From: Gammaproteobacteria bacterium
GTDB taxonomy: Bacteria > Pseudomonadota > Gammaproteobacteria > Eutrophobiales > Eutrophobiaceae
Length of the DNA stretch: 64,000 nucleotides
Reading direction: 5' to 3'
NCBI GenBank assembly: GCA_965222155.1
Contig: CBDCTH010000001.1
Location: forward strand, 31,401-95,400
Shown: positions 46,789-58,160 of the stretch, in pieces
How positions within the stretch are numbered: the stretch's first letter is position 1
How the letters are laid out: each line of letters begins with the position of its first letter
Made by a program: the position numbers and the translations under genes
The notes under the pieces: model-generated
Told to the model about the DNA's origin: nothing
Databases searched by the model: none
Seen by the model: the letters and a program-made list of their open reading frames with translations, nothing else

Positions 46789-49275
46789 ATGATAAACGTA
46801 CTCATCCGCCAAAAAAATCGGCTATTTCCGCTCATCCTTACATTATTATCGGTTTCCCTCCCAACATCATCTTTTGCACAGGGGGTACTGGAGGAAGTCG
46901 TAGTTACGGCGCAAAAACGTGAACAGGGCCTGCAGGATGTTGGCATTGCCATTACTGCTTTTACCGGTGAGCAAATGAAGGCGCTTGGCATTGAGGAAAG
47001 TTTTGACATTGCCGCCTTCTCTCCCGGCGTTCACATCAGTGGTAACCTGGCCGGACAAAATACCCAATTTTCCATTCGCGGTGTGACTCAGAATGATTTT
47101 AACGACGTCATTGAGGCGCCAACGGCTGTCTATCTTGATGAAGGTTACTTCGCTATCGCCCAGGCGCAGACCTTTGCCGTGTTTGATATCGACCGGGCGG
47201 AAGTACTCAAAGGTCCGCAAGGGACACTTTATGGTCGTAATGCGACAGGGGGACTGGTTAATTATATCAGCAACAAACCCAGTTTTGACGGAACCGAAGG
47301 TTACCTGGACTTGACATATGGTCTTTTCGATACCTCTGCCGATGCGGACCAATGGCGGGTTGAAGGCGCCGTGGGTGGTGCTTTAAGCGATACTGTCGCA
47401 GGACGAGCAGCCTTTTTATATAACCAGCACGATGGTTACCTTGATAACCTTTATCCTCTGGATGCAGTTGGGGCGCCACCAGGAATCGGCGCCGGTGCAG
47501 ATCTGGGTGATGATGATACATTTGCGTTGCGCGGCGCTTTATTGTTCGAGCCCAATGAGGACCTGTCTGTGTCTGTCTCTGCTAATGTAGCCGGTACGGA
47601 TGTTGCCACCGGCCCATATCAATCAAAACCGACAACAGGCGTTTATAACGCCACGGGCGAATTGATCGATGTTATTGATACACCTGCCGGTGAAACTCGA
47701 CGTAGCATAGCTGCCGATGGTTCAGACTTCGGTTCCGATCAAGATGATAATGGAATGCCGGATGACTTTTTCAATAACGCTACCGGAGCTTTTGGCGCTG
47801 ATGGTTTGGTGGATGTAGGGCGCCCACCCGGCACAGATTTCTTTGGTTATCTTGATCCCGATGGTGAAGATTTCAAAACGTCTGGTGATTTTGCCTTCAA
47901 AGATTCAGGGCATACTGACACCTGGGGTATCAATGGCAGGATTGAATATGATCTGAATGATTCAATCAGGCTGACAATGGTTTCAGATTTTAAGGATTAT
48001 GAAAAATTGTTGTTTATCGATGTGGATTCCGCACCCGTAAACCAACTGGCGAACTATGCCGCTGTTGATGCGACCAGCTTTACCCAGGAAGTGCGTTTAA
48101 GCGGACAAACGGATCAAAGCAGTTGGGTGCTGGGTTTTTACTATCTGAATATCGATACCGATTCGGATAACGGCCTTAAAATAAGTCCGGGAGGAGTTGC
48201 AGGGCCTCCGATTGATGTTGGCACTGACGCAGTACTGGAGACAGAATCGTATTCTGTTTTTGGTCAATACGAATGGGATATTACTACTCAAATTACCCTT
48301 ATCGGTGGGCTGCGGCTTATCCAGGAAGAGAAGGATTTTGAAATGGATGCAGGCATCTATGTTGCCAGCTCTGATCCACGCGCCATACATCAGGGTCCGA
48401 AGATCAATGGCTTAACTGCGGTACCGGGATTACCCGCCGATACCAGTATCACCACTAGTACGTCAGATACCTTATGGGCGGGTAAAATACAAATTGATTA
48501 CCAGGCGACGGATGATCTGCTGCTTTATGCCGGCGTCAATCGTGGTGTGAAGGCCGGTAGCTTTAATGCTCCCATATTGGGTTCCTATGTGTCATTACAG
48601 TTTGTAAACGGCGGTAATGGTAATAGTGCAATTCCTTACAAGGAAGAGGTTTTGCTGAGTTATGAGGGTGGTTTTAAAGCGACATTATTAGGAGGCAGCA
48701 CGCGCCTGAATGGTTCCATATTCTACTATGATTACTCTGATTACCAGGCGTTCTTGTTTACCGGTGTCGGTGGTGTAGTCATCAACGCAGATGCCGAAAA
48801 TTATGGTGTTGAGTTGGAACTACAGACCACACCATTTAAGGGCTTCGATGCCTTGATGAGTTTAAGTTGGTTTGATGCAACCGTTGAAGATGTTCCAAAT
48901 AGTATTGGTTCGTCGATATTACTGGATGTTAATCCAACGTATGCGCCGGAATTTCAATTCACCGCCCTGGCGCGTTATGAATGGCCCATGTTGAATGGCA
49001 TGATGAACATAACCGGAGATATCAGTTATTCGGATAAATATTATTATAACTTGAGAAATTATAGCGCTGATAAATTTGATTCATACACTATGGTCAACCT
49101 GGGTCTGGGTTGGAGCAGCGAAGACGACCATTGGCAGGCGGGATTTAAAGTAAATAATGTCACAGACGAAAGGGCAGGTATTCAGGGCTTTGATATTGCG
49201 ACGGCCTGTGGTTGTAACGAAATATCATTTCGAGCTCCACGCTGGTTCGGATTTAATATCAGATACGATTTTTAG
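46789..49275 (+). CDS. TonB-dependent receptor
   Basis: Signal peptide, LEEVVVTAQKRE, EVLKGPQGTLYGRNATGG, C-terminal Phe. Confidence 0.95.
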   Translation: MINVLIRQKNRLFPLILTLLSVSLPTSSFAQGVLEEVVVTAQKREQGLQDVGIAITAFTGEQMKALGIEESFDIAAFSPGVHISGNLAGQNTQFSIRGVTQNDFNDVIEAPTAVYLDEGYFAIAQAQTFAVFDIDRAEVLKGPQGTLYGRNATGGLVNYISNKPSFDGTEGYLDLTYGLFDTSADADQWRVEGAVGGALSDTVAGRAAFLYNQHDGYLDNLYPLDAVGAPPGIGAGADLGDDDTFALRGALLFEPNEDLSVSVSANVAGTDVATGPYQSKPTTGVYNATGELIDVIDTPAGETRRSIAADGSDFGSDQDDNGMPDDFFNNATGAFGADGLVDVGRPPGTDFFGYLDPDGEDFKTSGDFAFKDSGHTDTWGINGRIEYDLNDSIRLTMVSDFKDYEKLLFIDVDSAPVNQLANYAAVDATSFTQEVRLSGQTDQSSWVLGFYYLNIDTDSDNGLKISPGGVAGPPIDVGTDAVLETESYSVFGQYEWDITTQITLIGGLRLIQEEKDFEMDAGIYVASSDPRAIHQGPKINGLTAVPGLPADTSITTSTSDTLWAGKIQIDYQATDDLLLYAGVNRGVKAGSFNAPILGSYVSLQFVNGGNGNSAIPYKEEVLLSYEGGFKATLLGGSTRLNGSIFYYDYSDYQAFLFTGVGGVVINADAENYGVELELQTTPFKGFDALMSLSWFDATVEDVPNSIGSSILLDVNPTYAPEFQFTALARYEWPMLNGMMNITGDISYSDKYYYNLRNYSADKFDSYTMVNLGLGWSSEDDHWQAGFKVNNVTDERAGIQGFDIATACGCNEISFRAPRWFGFNIRYDF

Positions 49276-50476
49276 TATCGGCTATCCTGGCCTGGGTCAA
49301 TGCCATATGCAGGTCATTCTTGAGGTCGGATACGTCTTCGTGACCGATTGACAGCCGGATTAAGCCGGGCGTAATACCGGATTGCGCCTTCTCTTCATCC
49401 GTCAGCCTGTTATGGGTAGTGGTGGCAGGATGGGTAATCGTGCTCTTGCTGTCGCCGAGATTCGCGGTGATCGAGAACAACTCAATATGATCGATAAGCT
49501 GCCATGCCGCTTTTTTTCCTCCTTCAATGACGAAGCTGACAATGCCGCCGAAGTCTTTCTGCTGACGCACCGCCAGTTCGTGTTGCGGGTGATCGGCCAG
49601 TCCCGGAAAGTAGACCTTTTCTATTCCAGCCCGGGCGCTTAACCAATCGGCGATCTCTGCGGCATTGCGGCTGTGGGATTGCATCCGCAGGCTCAAGGTT
49701 TCCAGTCCTTTTAAAAAGACCCAGGCGTTAAACGGACTCATCGTCGTACCGCCATACTTGAGGACATTGAATATGTTTTCTCCCAGCAGTTCTTCGCTGC
49801 CCAGCACGGCGCCGCCGACGCAGCGCCCCTGACCGTCCAGGTATTTTGTCGCCGAATGGATGACGATATCGGCGCCAAGCGGGAAAGGCTGCTGCAAGGC
49901 CGGTGTACAAAAGCAATTATCCACCACCAGCAGACAGCCATGACTATGGGCGATGTCGGCCAGGCGTTGAATATCGGCAACTTCCGTCAACGGGTTGGAT
50001 GGAGTCTCCAGGTACAACAGGCGCGTTTTTTCAGTAATCGCCGCCTCCCAGGCCGCGTAATCGCTGAGTTCGACATAACTGGTTGCGATATCGAATTTAC
50101 TCAGGATCTTGTTGAACAGGTTCACCGTCGTGCCGAAGACGCTGCGCGAGGAGACAAGGTGATCGTCGGCTTTCAACAGGCCCAGACAGGTGCTCATAAT
50201 GGCGCCCATTCCCGAAGACGTTGCAATACAGCGTTCAGCGCCTTCCATAGCAGCCAGCCGTTCTTCAAAGACACGTACCGTGGGATTGGTGAACCTGGAA
50301 TAGATATTGCCGGGTTCGTCCTCGGCAAACCTAGCCGCGGCCTGGGCTGCGTCCCTGAAGACAAAACTGGAAGTCAGGAACAACGGTTCGCTGTGTTCTC
50401 CTTCCCCGGTGGGTTGCCGGCCGGCGCGCACCGCCAGGGTATTCACCCCGTATCGATCAGGATTGATTTTAGCCAT
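49259..50476 (-). CDS. metZ: O-succinylhomoserine sulfhydrylase
   Basis: YSRFTNPT, SSGM, ETPSNP, HSATKYLDGQGR, ANLGDSKSTITHPATTTH; AGGAGG RBS. Confidence 0.93.
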   Translation of the reverse strand: MAKINPDRYGVNTLAVRAGRQPTGEGEHSEPLFLTSSFVFRDAAQAAARFAEDEPGNIYSRFTNPTVRVFEERLAAMEGAERCIATSSGMGAIMSTCLGLLKADDHLVSSRSVFGTTVNLFNKILSKFDIATSYVELSDYAAWEAAITEKTRLLYLETPSNPLTEVADIQRLADIAHSHGCLLVVDNCFCTPALQQPFPLGADIVIHSATKYLDGQGRCVGGAVLGSEELLGENIFNVLKYGGTTMSPFNAWVFLKGLETLSLRMQSHSRNAAEIADWLSARAGIEKVYFPGLADHPQHELAVRQQKDFGGIVSFVIEGGKKAAWQLIDHIELFSITANLGDSKSTITHPATTTHNRLTDEEKAQSGITPGLIRLSIGHEDVSDLKNDLHMALTQARIADTKNRI

Positions 50477-50611
50477 GTTACCTCCTGTGCCCGTGTTTCT
50501 CCCCGGCAACTGCGCCGGAGAGAGACAGGCTGAACAGTTAAATCAGCAAGCTCCAGAAGAGTCCACCTGATGAAAGTACCTGGCTGAGTGCGTGTTATCG
50601 CCGCAAGGCAC

Positions 50612-50650
50612 AAAAAAACCCGCATTCAGCTTGGTCGCTAAAGCAGGTTC
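50612..50650 (-). terminator. intrinsic terminator, riboswitch expression platform
   Basis: AACCTGCTTTAGC...GCTGAATGCGGGTT then T-run. Confidence 0.75.
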
Positions 50651-50655
50651 GCTCT

Positions 50656-50706
50656 CTTTAGCCGTATTTATAATGCGCCCGCAAGCTGAATATCAAATCG
50701 GCGCCC
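50656..50706 (-). ncRNA. SAM-II riboswitch upstream of metZ
   Basis: GCGCCGAUUUG...UUGCGGGCGC..AUAAAUACGGCUAAAG fits the SAM-II pseudoknot pattern. Confidence 0.85.
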
Positions 50707-50827
50707 AACTCGGAACGACAATAATACAATCATTCGACCATGTCAAACAGTATCAGGTGATAAATATATACCAGATTGTTTCAGTTATATCAGCTAGTGT
50801 GAATATAGATACATCGGGACAACATGC

Positions 50828-51976
50828 TTGACAGTCGTTCACTACAATGATATGTTCCCTAATTATGAACATAACAATTTAGTGAACAATATGATTGATG
50901 CCGTATACGGAAAAGGATTATATCGAGAGACAGATATTCTTAAGGCTGCCCTGGATGTATTTCGCATTACTACGGGATTGCAATTGGAAATAGCGGAATT
51001 GCAATTGGATATTGGTCCAAGGCAAGTTGGAAGTAAAGCCGATATCTTACATCGCCAGGCAGATGCCTTGGTGCACCTGAATGGTCCGGGAATCAACCGG
51101 GAGTTTGTGGTGGAAGTGAAGTACCGGCTGACCATGACCAACCTCGGGATGATAGTTCATCTATTGCAATCCTTCCCGCAAAAAGGGTTAATCGTTACGA
51201 ACTACGTAAACCCCAGGATGGCCGAGCGTTTGAAAGCGATGAATATATCGTTCCTCGACCTGGCAGGAAACGCTTACTTTAATGAACCGCCTGTATATGT
51301 CTATGTCAAAGGCAACCAACCCGTTGAAGATCGTTACCGCAAACCAGCTGCTCGTGTCTTCCAGCCAAGTGGTTTGAAACTGCTGTTTGCGTTGCTCTGT
51401 GAACCCAAACTGGTGTTTAAATCCTATCGCACAATCGCAAAGACAGCCGGTGTCGCTTTAGGTACTGTGGCACGGGTAATCAACGACCTGAGAGAGCTGG
51501 GTTACCTTATGGATGTGTACACAGGTAGCCCCGGGCTTATAAATAAAGAAAAGCTGCTCGAACGCTGGGTCACTACTTACCCAGAGTTGCTGCGGCCAAA
51601 GCTGGTAATGGGGCATTACAGTGCGGTTGACAGCAAATGGTGGACACAAGCTGAGATCACCGATTTACAAGCCTACTGGGGTGGAGAAGTGGCAGCGGCA
51701 AAACTCACGGGATATCTGCGGCCGGAGAAGGTGATTGTTTATACACGGGACCAGCCGGTGCAACTGTTACTGATGAATAAGTTGAAAAAAGACCCTGATG
51801 GTAACGTGGAGATACTGGAAGCTTTCTGGCAGGACGAATATGCCTGGCCCCATCATGAACTGGTGCCTCCGCTGCTGATTTATGCCGATTTAATGGCAAC
51901 AGGAGACGTCAGAAATATTGAAACTGCAAAGATGATTTATGAGCGAGAACTTGCTGGACTTATCCGGGAAAATTGA
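50828..51976 (+). CDS. AbiEi-like type IV TA antitoxin
   Basis: FLDLAGNAY, HTH (YR.IA..AGVALGTV), WGGE.AA, PLLIYADL; start uncertain (ATG 50891 possible). Confidence 0.8.
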   Translation: MTVVHYNDMFPNYEHNNLVNNMIDAVYGKGLYRETDILKAALDVFRITTGLQLEIAELQLDIGPRQVGSKADILHRQADALVHLNGPGINREFVVEVKYRLTMTNLGMIVHLLQSFPQKGLIVTNYVNPRMAERLKAMNISFLDLAGNAYFNEPPVYVYVKGNQPVEDRYRKPAARVFQPSGLKLLFALLCEPKLVFKSYRTIAKTAGVALGTVARVINDLRELGYLMDVYTGSPGLINKEKLLERWVTTYPELLRPKLVMGHYSAVDSKWWTQAEITDLQAYWGGEVAAAKLTGYLRPEKVIVYTRDQPVQLLLMNKLKKDPDGNVEILEAFWQDEYAWPHHELVPPLLIYADLMATGDVRNIETAKMIYERELAGLIREN

Positions 51977-52811
51977 ACCGGAACTGGTGGAGCTATTCCG
52001 GGCAATTGAGAATGTAACTGCAGCAAGTCGGATTTGCTACTTCGTTATGGGCGCGACAGCCAGGGATATAATTTTACATTACGGATATGATGTCCCGGTC
52101 AAACGCGCTACCGCTGACACGGATTTGGGCATAGAAGTCTCCAGTTGGCATGAATTTCAAACTCTCAAAGATAAACTTACAGCCACCGGTTTGTTTACGA
52201 CGACTAGTGCTCCACACAGGTTATTCTACAAGAAAAAACTGCCACTCGATATTATCCCCTTTGGCCCGCTGGAGCACCCTGGTAAGGAAATAACCTGGCC
52301 GCCTGGTAACAGAATAATGAATGTATTGGGATTTGAGGATGCTTACCGGAACGCATTGATAGTGAGGCTTAACGACAACCCGTCACTTGATATCCAATTT
52401 GCGACACCTGCTGGGCTGGCTGTTCTGAAGATTATTGCATGGCAAGATCGCTCACCTGGCGATAGCAAGGACGCACAAGACCTTGCATACCTTATGTCCA
52501 ACTATCTGGATGCAGGCAACCAAAAGCGATTATACAATGATCATGGAGATTTGCTTGATGTAGATGACTTTGATTATATACGTTCCGGTGCACAACTACT
52601 CGGGCGGGATATGGCAAAGATGATGCTGCCGGAGACAAGAGAGGTTGTTGTTCAGATACTTGGCCGTGAAACCAATAGCCCGAAAAGACATCGCCTGGTG
52701 GAAGATATGATGAAAAACTTCCCAGTTAGCGAGAATTCATTTGAAACATACCTGGAACACCTGAAAGCGCTCAAAAAGGGGATTCAAGATGTTAAGCCTG
52801 AGCTGGTTTAG
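51939..52811 (+). CDS. AbiEii-like nucleotidyltransferase toxin
   Basis: GATARD, RAT.D.D, DIIPFG, LK..AW.DR, KDAQDL. Confidence 0.82.
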   Translation: MSENLLDLSGKIEPELVELFRAIENVTAASRICYFVMGATARDIILHYGYDVPVKRATADTDLGIEVSSWHEFQTLKDKLTATGLFTTTSAPHRLFYKKKLPLDIIPFGPLEHPGKEITWPPGNRIMNVLGFEDAYRNALIVRLNDNPSLDIQFATPAGLAVLKIIAWQDRSPGDSKDAQDLAYLMSNYLDAGNQKRLYNDHGDLLDVDDFDYIRSGAQLLGRDMAKMMLPETREVVVQILGRETNSPKRHRLVEDMMKNFPVSENSFETYLEHLKALKKGIQDVKPELV

Positions 52812-54435
52812 CGATTAGATTACCTCTGTATTGTTCCCGCAGGGATAATTTGCTGACCTTCCCCGTGGCGGTGTGGGGCAGTTGTTCAACAAAGATGACA
52901 TCGTCAGGTTTCCACCAGCTTGCCACCTTACCGTCGAACCAGGCCAGCATGTCATCTTTGGATACCGTCTGATTTGGTTTTTTGACGGCAATCAACAAGG
53001 GGCGTTCATTCCATTTCTCGTGCACGGCGCCGACCACGGCCGCTTCGGCAATGGCGGGATGTGTCATGGCGCAGTTCTCGAGGTCGATGGAACTGATCCA
53101 TTCACCGCCGGACTTGATCAGGTCTTTCGACCTGTCGGTAACCTGAATAGTGCCATCGGGGTCTATGGTTGCCACGTCCCCGGTCATAAACCAGCCGGCT
53201 GCATCGACCGCGGCTTCTGTCTCTGTTGATCCGAAATAATCACTGCATACAGTCGGTCCCTTTACCTTCAGGTGTCCTGCCGAGGCGCTATCCCAGGGCA
53301 ACGCATTATCCTCATCATCAGTTATCTTCACCTGCAGGCCAAAAATAGGCCTGCCCTGTTTGAGGGAATATCGTTTCCTTTCTTCATCATTCAGCAAATC
53401 AAAGTCGGGGCCGGGTACATTGAGTGTGCCGGCTGAGCAAAGTTCGGTCATCCCCCAGCCCTGAGCCAGTTCGACTCCATAATCTTCCTTAAAACGCTGG
53501 AATAGAGACAATGGGCAGGCGCCGCCGCCGACAACTGCCTTGCGCAGGGATTTCAGGTTTCCGTTTGATTGATCCAGGTGATCAAGCAGCATCTGCCAGA
53601 TTGTCGGTACACTGACGGCATAAGTGACCTCTTCCCTGGCGATAAGATTGCTCAGCACCCGGGGATTTCCCATATAGCGGTCAGGGAACACGATCTTGGC
53701 GCCCGCTAACGGCGCGCGGAAAGGCAAGCCCCAGGCATTCACATGAAACATGGGTACAACGGGCATAATGGTATCGTTGATGCTGAGGCCATCGGTATCC
53801 AGCAATGAGACGGATAGTGCGTGCAGTAACAGTGACCTGTGGGAATAAAGCACCCCTTTGGGATTCCCTGTTGTGCCGGATGTATAGCACATCGCGCATG
53901 CCGATGTTTCGTCCAGTTCCGGCCAACTGCAGTTGTCATTCTGGCCGGCTAACAGTTGTTCATAGCTGTGTACATTGGTAAGTGTGGTTTCCGGTGACCC
54001 ACCGTTTGCATTCAATATTACTATGCCTTTGACCTTTTTGAGTTGGGGCGCCAGCCGTTCCAGCAGAGGCACAAAATCCTGGTCGGTAACTATCCATTTA
54101 TCATCTGCGTGGTTGATAATATAGGCAATCTGGTTATCAAACAGCCGCGGATTGATGGTGTGCAGCACGTAACCTCCGCAGATTACTCCATAGTAGAGTT
54201 CAAGGTGCTGCTGGTGGTTCCATGCCAGTGTTGCGATCCTGTCGCCCGGCTGACAGTCGAGGGCCTGCAAGGCATTGAACAGTTTGCGCGCGCGCCGGAA
54301 GACATCGGAATAGTTCGCACGCCGGATATCGCGTTCGTTTATTGCTGATACTATTTCCCGCTCACCGTGGTACATTTCCGCATGGCGCATTACCGTGGTA
54401 ATGGTGAGCGGCATATCCATCATTTGTCCTTTCAT
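52792..54435 (-). CDS. acyl-CoA ligase (DmdB-like clade possible)
   Basis: [48 protein letters not shown]. Confidence 0.92.
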   Translation of the reverse strand: MKGQMMDMPLTITTVMRHAEMYHGEREIVSAINERDIRRANYSDVFRRARKLFNALQALDCQPGDRIATLAWNHQQHLELYYGVICGGYVLHTINPRLFDNQIAYIINHADDKWIVTDQDFVPLLERLAPQLKKVKGIVILNANGGSPETTLTNVHSYEQLLAGQNDNCSWPELDETSACAMCYTSGTTGNPKGVLYSHRSLLLHALSVSLLDTDGLSINDTIMPVVPMFHVNAWGLPFRAPLAGAKIVFPDRYMGNPRVLSNLIAREEVTYAVSVPTIWQMLLDHLDQSNGNLKSLRKAVVGGGACPLSLFQRFKEDYGVELAQGWGMTELCSAGTLNVPGPDFDLLNDEERKRYSLKQGRPIFGLQVKITDDEDNALPWDSASAGHLKVKGPTVCSDYFGSTETEAAVDAAGWFMTGDVATIDPDGTIQVTDRSKDLIKSGGEWISSIDLENCAMTHPAIAEAAVVGAVHEKWNERPLLIAVKKPNQTVSKDDMLAWFDGKVASWWKPDDVIFVEQLPHTATGKVSKLSLREQYRGNLIAKPAQA

Positions 54436-54478
54436 GTCTGTTGTTCGATGACCATGTGATATTTACCGGCAAACCGGG

Positions 54479-54598
54479 CTATAGTGATGATACAAACTCC
54501 ATGTATTCCCCAGCCAGGTTGTTCAGGAGGCTTTCCAGTTCATCAACGGTGGGCGCGAAGTCCAGGAGTATCAGTTCATCAACCCCTAGCGAAGCTTC
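54479..54598 (-). pseudogene. C-terminal remnant, possibly an LLM-class oxidoreductase
   Basis: Reads EASLGVDELILLDFAPTVDELESLLNNLAGEYMEFVSSL* with no 5' part. Confidence 0.4.
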
Positions 54599-54599
54599 G

Positions 54600-55468
54600 C
54601 CTCATACCGACAAGCATGTGGTTATCAGATGTTGTGCATCGCAAAAACTTGACCTTTTTGTAAATGAAAAAGCCATTCAAGGATTCTAGTCAACTATAGC
54701 GATATAGACGCCATTGAAAGGGTTATAAAGCAAAATGACGACATCGCCGCCGTTATCCTCGACCCGGCAATGCATGCGGGTGGTTTGTGGGGCAGCAGCA
54801 GGGAATACTTGCAATCACTCCGGGAAATCACCTCGCAGAACGGCATTGTGTTAATATTTGACGAGGTGATCACCGGGATGCGACTGGCGTTGGGCGGAGC
54901 CCAGTCTTTTTATGGTGTGACACCGGACCTGGCTACCCTGGGCAAGGCCGTTGCCGCGGGGGAACGTCTGGCCGCCGTTGTCGGCAGGGAAGAGATCATG
55001 CAGGTCGTTGACCCGAACGCGCCGGCCGGCGTGGCAAAAGTGTTTCAATCGGGTACCGCCAATGACGGCACCGCCGCTATTGCCGCGTCAATTGGCGCAA
55101 TCCACACCTATCGTGATTTGGATGCAGACAATCAATATAATCACCTTTTTGAAATTGGCGAAAGACTGGCTCGGGGAATTCGCCGGGCTTTTCAGACTCG
55201 CGGCATTCCCTGTCATGTCAATCAAATTGGTCCGCTGCTGCAATTATTTCTGTCTGATAAAAAACCGACTTTTGAAAATTTCGTCAATTTAGACCTGGAA
55301 GTGCTTTCTCTTTTTTTCCTGGCCCTGATAAATGAAGGGGTGATATTGACACTGCCGACGTCTAACCACATTTACCTCTCATTTGTGCATACGGTAGACG
55401 AAATTGAAGAGATCATAGAGAAAGCGAATCTGGTTTTGGACAAATATGATTTTTCATCGTTAACTTAA
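54600..55468 (+). pseudogene. class III aminotransferase (GSA aminomutase-like), 5' truncated
   Basis: DIAAVILDP, LIFDEVITG.R, PDLATLGK; N-terminal third missing or frameshifted. Confidence 0.75.
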
Positions 55469-55527
55469 GCTAAAACCGGCACATGTAATTACAAATATTA
55501 ACTAAACTGATTATTGAGGTTATTGAA

Positions 55528-56958
55528 ATGACAGATACAAGCAACTTGGAACTGGACAGACTGTTCGAAAAACAAAAAGCCGCATTTCTGGCCAACAACA
55601 ACCCTTCTTATGAAGAAAGAATGGCGTGGTTGCAATCCCTTGAGAAAATGATGGTTGATTTACGTCATCCTATTCGGGCGGCTCTCACGGAGGATTTCGA
55701 TTCGCATCCTCCCTTGATTACCGACCTGTTTGAAACAGGTGGCGTATTAGGCCGGTGTCGAAATGCACAGGCTCATCTCCAGGAGTGGATGGCGCCGGAG
55801 GAGCGACCTCTGCTGGACGTGGTGCATGGGTCATCCAGTTGTCAGGTTATGCGGCAACCCAAGGGCGTAATGGGTAATATCGCGCCGTGGAACTTCCCGA
55901 TTGAGTGTTCTCTGGTCATGGTGTGCGACATGCTTGCCGCAGGGAACCGAGTGATTGTTAAAATGTCTGAATTGGCCCCTGCTACCGCTGAACTTTTACA
56001 GGAAAACGTGGGCAGGTATTTCTCTGAAGAGGTGTTGGCGATTGTTATCGGCGGGGTTGAATTTTCGCAGTACTTTGCACAAATTCCCTGGGACCATTTG
56101 ACCTATACGGGTAATACCAACGTGGGTCGACTCGTTATGCAAGCCGCGGCCAGGAACCTGACGCCGATTACGTTGGAGTTAGGTGGTAAGAACCCAACCA
56201 TCTTTCTTGAAGATGGTGTTGATGAGCAACTGATTAAAGAATATTTAAGTTTCAAGTTTTGCAAGAGTGGACAGATTTGCACCTCACCCGACTATGCGCT
56301 GGTACCGGAAAACCTGCTGGACCAATGGTTGGAGATAGCGCAGAAAGTATGGCAGGAAGCTTACCCCAGTTTCATTGGTCACCCGGACGTGACAGGGATT
56401 ATCAACGAACGCCACTATGACCGTTTGATTGGCGCCCTGGAGGAGGCCAGGGCGAGCGGAACTCAGGTTATTGCATTGAATGATGAAGAGCCTGATCGCA
56501 CGCGGCGACAAATGCCAATGTACCTGGTTGTGAACCCGTCGGAAGACCTGGAAGTCATGCGGGAAGAAACTTTTGGCCCGATCACACCGGTTAAAACCTA
56601 TCAAACACTGGATGAGGCATATACTTATATCAATAGTCGTGAACGACCATTGGCATCTTACCTGGTGACCATGAGCCGCCAGCCGGAGGCGGTTGAACAA
56701 TTTAAGAAAGGTATCGTTTCCGGTGGCGCAGGTATTAATGTTTTTGGTTTTCAGGCTGCCGAACCCACCGCGCCGTTCGGTGGCATTGGCGCCAGCGGGA
56801 TAGGATGCCATGGTGGGCAGCAGGGATTTTCTAACTATTCCCATTCCAAAACGGTATATAACTGCTCGCAGGACAATCCATTGAAGATGTCGGTTTGTGC
56901 TCCATATAACGAAATCACTCAAGCCTTTGCCGATGGGATTTTTGCAGTTCCTGAATAA
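55528..56958 (+). CDS. aldehyde dehydrogenase (coniferyl aldehyde dehydrogenase-like)
   Basis: APWNFP, KMSE, LELGGKNP, GQIC, EETFGP, PFGG.G.SG.G. Confidence 0.9.
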   Translation: MTDTSNLELDRLFEKQKAAFLANNNPSYEERMAWLQSLEKMMVDLRHPIRAALTEDFDSHPPLITDLFETGGVLGRCRNAQAHLQEWMAPEERPLLDVVHGSSSCQVMRQPKGVMGNIAPWNFPIECSLVMVCDMLAAGNRVIVKMSELAPATAELLQENVGRYFSEEVLAIVIGGVEFSQYFAQIPWDHLTYTGNTNVGRLVMQAAARNLTPITLELGGKNPTIFLEDGVDEQLIKEYLSFKFCKSGQICTSPDYALVPENLLDQWLEIAQKVWQEAYPSFIGHPDVTGIINERHYDRLIGALEEARASGTQVIALNDEEPDRTRRQMPMYLVVNPSEDLEVMREETFGPITPVKTYQTLDEAYTYINSRERPLASYLVTMSRQPEAVEQFKKGIVSGGAGINVFGFQAAEPTAPFGGIGASGIGCHGGQQGFSNYSHSKTVYNCSQDNPLKMSVCAPYNEITQAFADGIFAVPE

Positions 56959-56973
56959 GATACTGGTGAATAT

Positions 56974-57762
56974 ATGAATTCCCGTGGAAATCCGCTTTCA
57001 CAGGAAGCCAAGGTTGCGCTGGTCACGGGCGCGGCGGGCGGTATCGGCCGGGCCGTAGCCGTCACATTGGCGCAACAGGGCGCTAAAGTGGTTGCGACAG
57101 ACCGGCCGTCTGCGTCTGACAGGCTTGAGGAGACACGGCGATTAATTCTTGAACGTGGCGGCGTTGTGTTGCCGGTCTATGCCGATCTAGCCGTGACCGG
57201 GGAAATAGATGATCTGGTCAAACGGGCAACCGATGAATTCAATCGCATAGACATACTGGTTAATGTCGCTGCGGTTCACAAGTATCCTCAGCCGTTGCTT
57301 GAAATCAGTGAGGCAGACTGGGACCACGTACAGAATGTGAATTTCAAAAGTTGTCTGCTGCTTTGTCAGCGACTGGCGCCGCTTATGGTCAAACAAGGCT
57401 CCGGCAATATCGTAACTATCGCATCCGATAGCGCATTTGACGTGATCGCGGATGAAGGCCCTTACGGCATTTCCAAGATCAGCCTGACCAAGCTTACCGC
57501 CTATCTGGCCAAGGAACTGGCTGAAACAGGTGTACGGGTCAACGCCATTGCGCCCGGCTGGGTCAGGACCCCGTTAATCGAGGAATACTGGTCCGATCCT
57601 GAATTCCTCAAAGAAGCAAAAGCAGGCATCCCCCTGGGCCGGATTGCCGAACCGGAAGAGATCGCCAACGTGGTCCTGTTTCTGGTATCGGAACTGGCCA
57701 GCTACGTGCACGGCCATTGCATCGTGGTCGATGGTGGGCGTATTGCCGGCGTGCCTTGTTAG
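56974..57762 (+). CDS. short-chain dehydrogenase/reductase
   Basis: TGAAGGIG, YGISK, VRVNAIAPG, VDGG. Confidence 0.92.
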   Translation: MNSRGNPLSQEAKVALVTGAAGGIGRAVAVTLAQQGAKVVATDRPSASDRLEETRRLILERGGVVLPVYADLAVTGEIDDLVKRATDEFNRIDILVNVAAVHKYPQPLLEISEADWDHVQNVNFKSCLLLCQRLAPLMVKQGSGNIVTIASDSAFDVIADEGPYGISKISLTKLTAYLAKELAETGVRVNAIAPGWVRTPLIEEYWSDPEFLKEAKAGIPLGRIAEPEEIANVVLFLVSELASYVHGHCIVVDGGRIAGVPC

Positions 57763-57806
57763 ATACAGATCAGTACATTATTCTTCCGTATGCTATACTT
57801 CGTTCC

Positions 57807-57989
57807 ATGAGATCAAAAGCGCTTGTCCTGAAAAACACCTACCTTGGAAATGCAAAGATTACACGCAAAATGCGGGTTCGTTCTATTGCCAGTTCTACGG
57901 CAATAGAAACCCAGGAGTCCATCAGCTCTATTGAAACAAAGCTCATGCATTCAAAACGCCTTGTTCGCCATGGAATAACGCTTGCCTGA
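57807..57989 (+). CDS. small putative Fic antitoxin, copy 1
   Basis: 60 aa, ASSTAIET motif; paralog of 61320-61502; TGnTATACT 7 nt before ATG. Confidence 0.6.
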   Translation: MRSKALVLKNTYLGNAKITRKMRVRSIASSTAIETQESISSIETKLMHSKRLVRHGITLA

Positions 57990-58160
57990 CGAAACCTTTC
58001 ATTGGCTCATAGTTGCAGCCCATAGCAACTTGAATGGCAAGAAAATAATCCTCTTTATTTCTATCCCATGAACTAAAATCTAATTCCGGCTTGTTTGACT
58101 GTAAAGCCATCACATTTGCCAGCAAACGCGCAATCCTTCCATTACCCTCACGAAATGAGG
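57943..58160 (-). pseudogene. Fic-family 3' remnant
   Basis: FREGNGRIARLLAN..., paralogous to the 3' end of 61456-62100; catalytic His and 5' part lost. Confidence 0.8.

Noticed and set aside
50490-50600. Glycine, SAH or SAM-V riboswitch
   Set aside because: Only fragmentary motif resemblance; consensus cores not found
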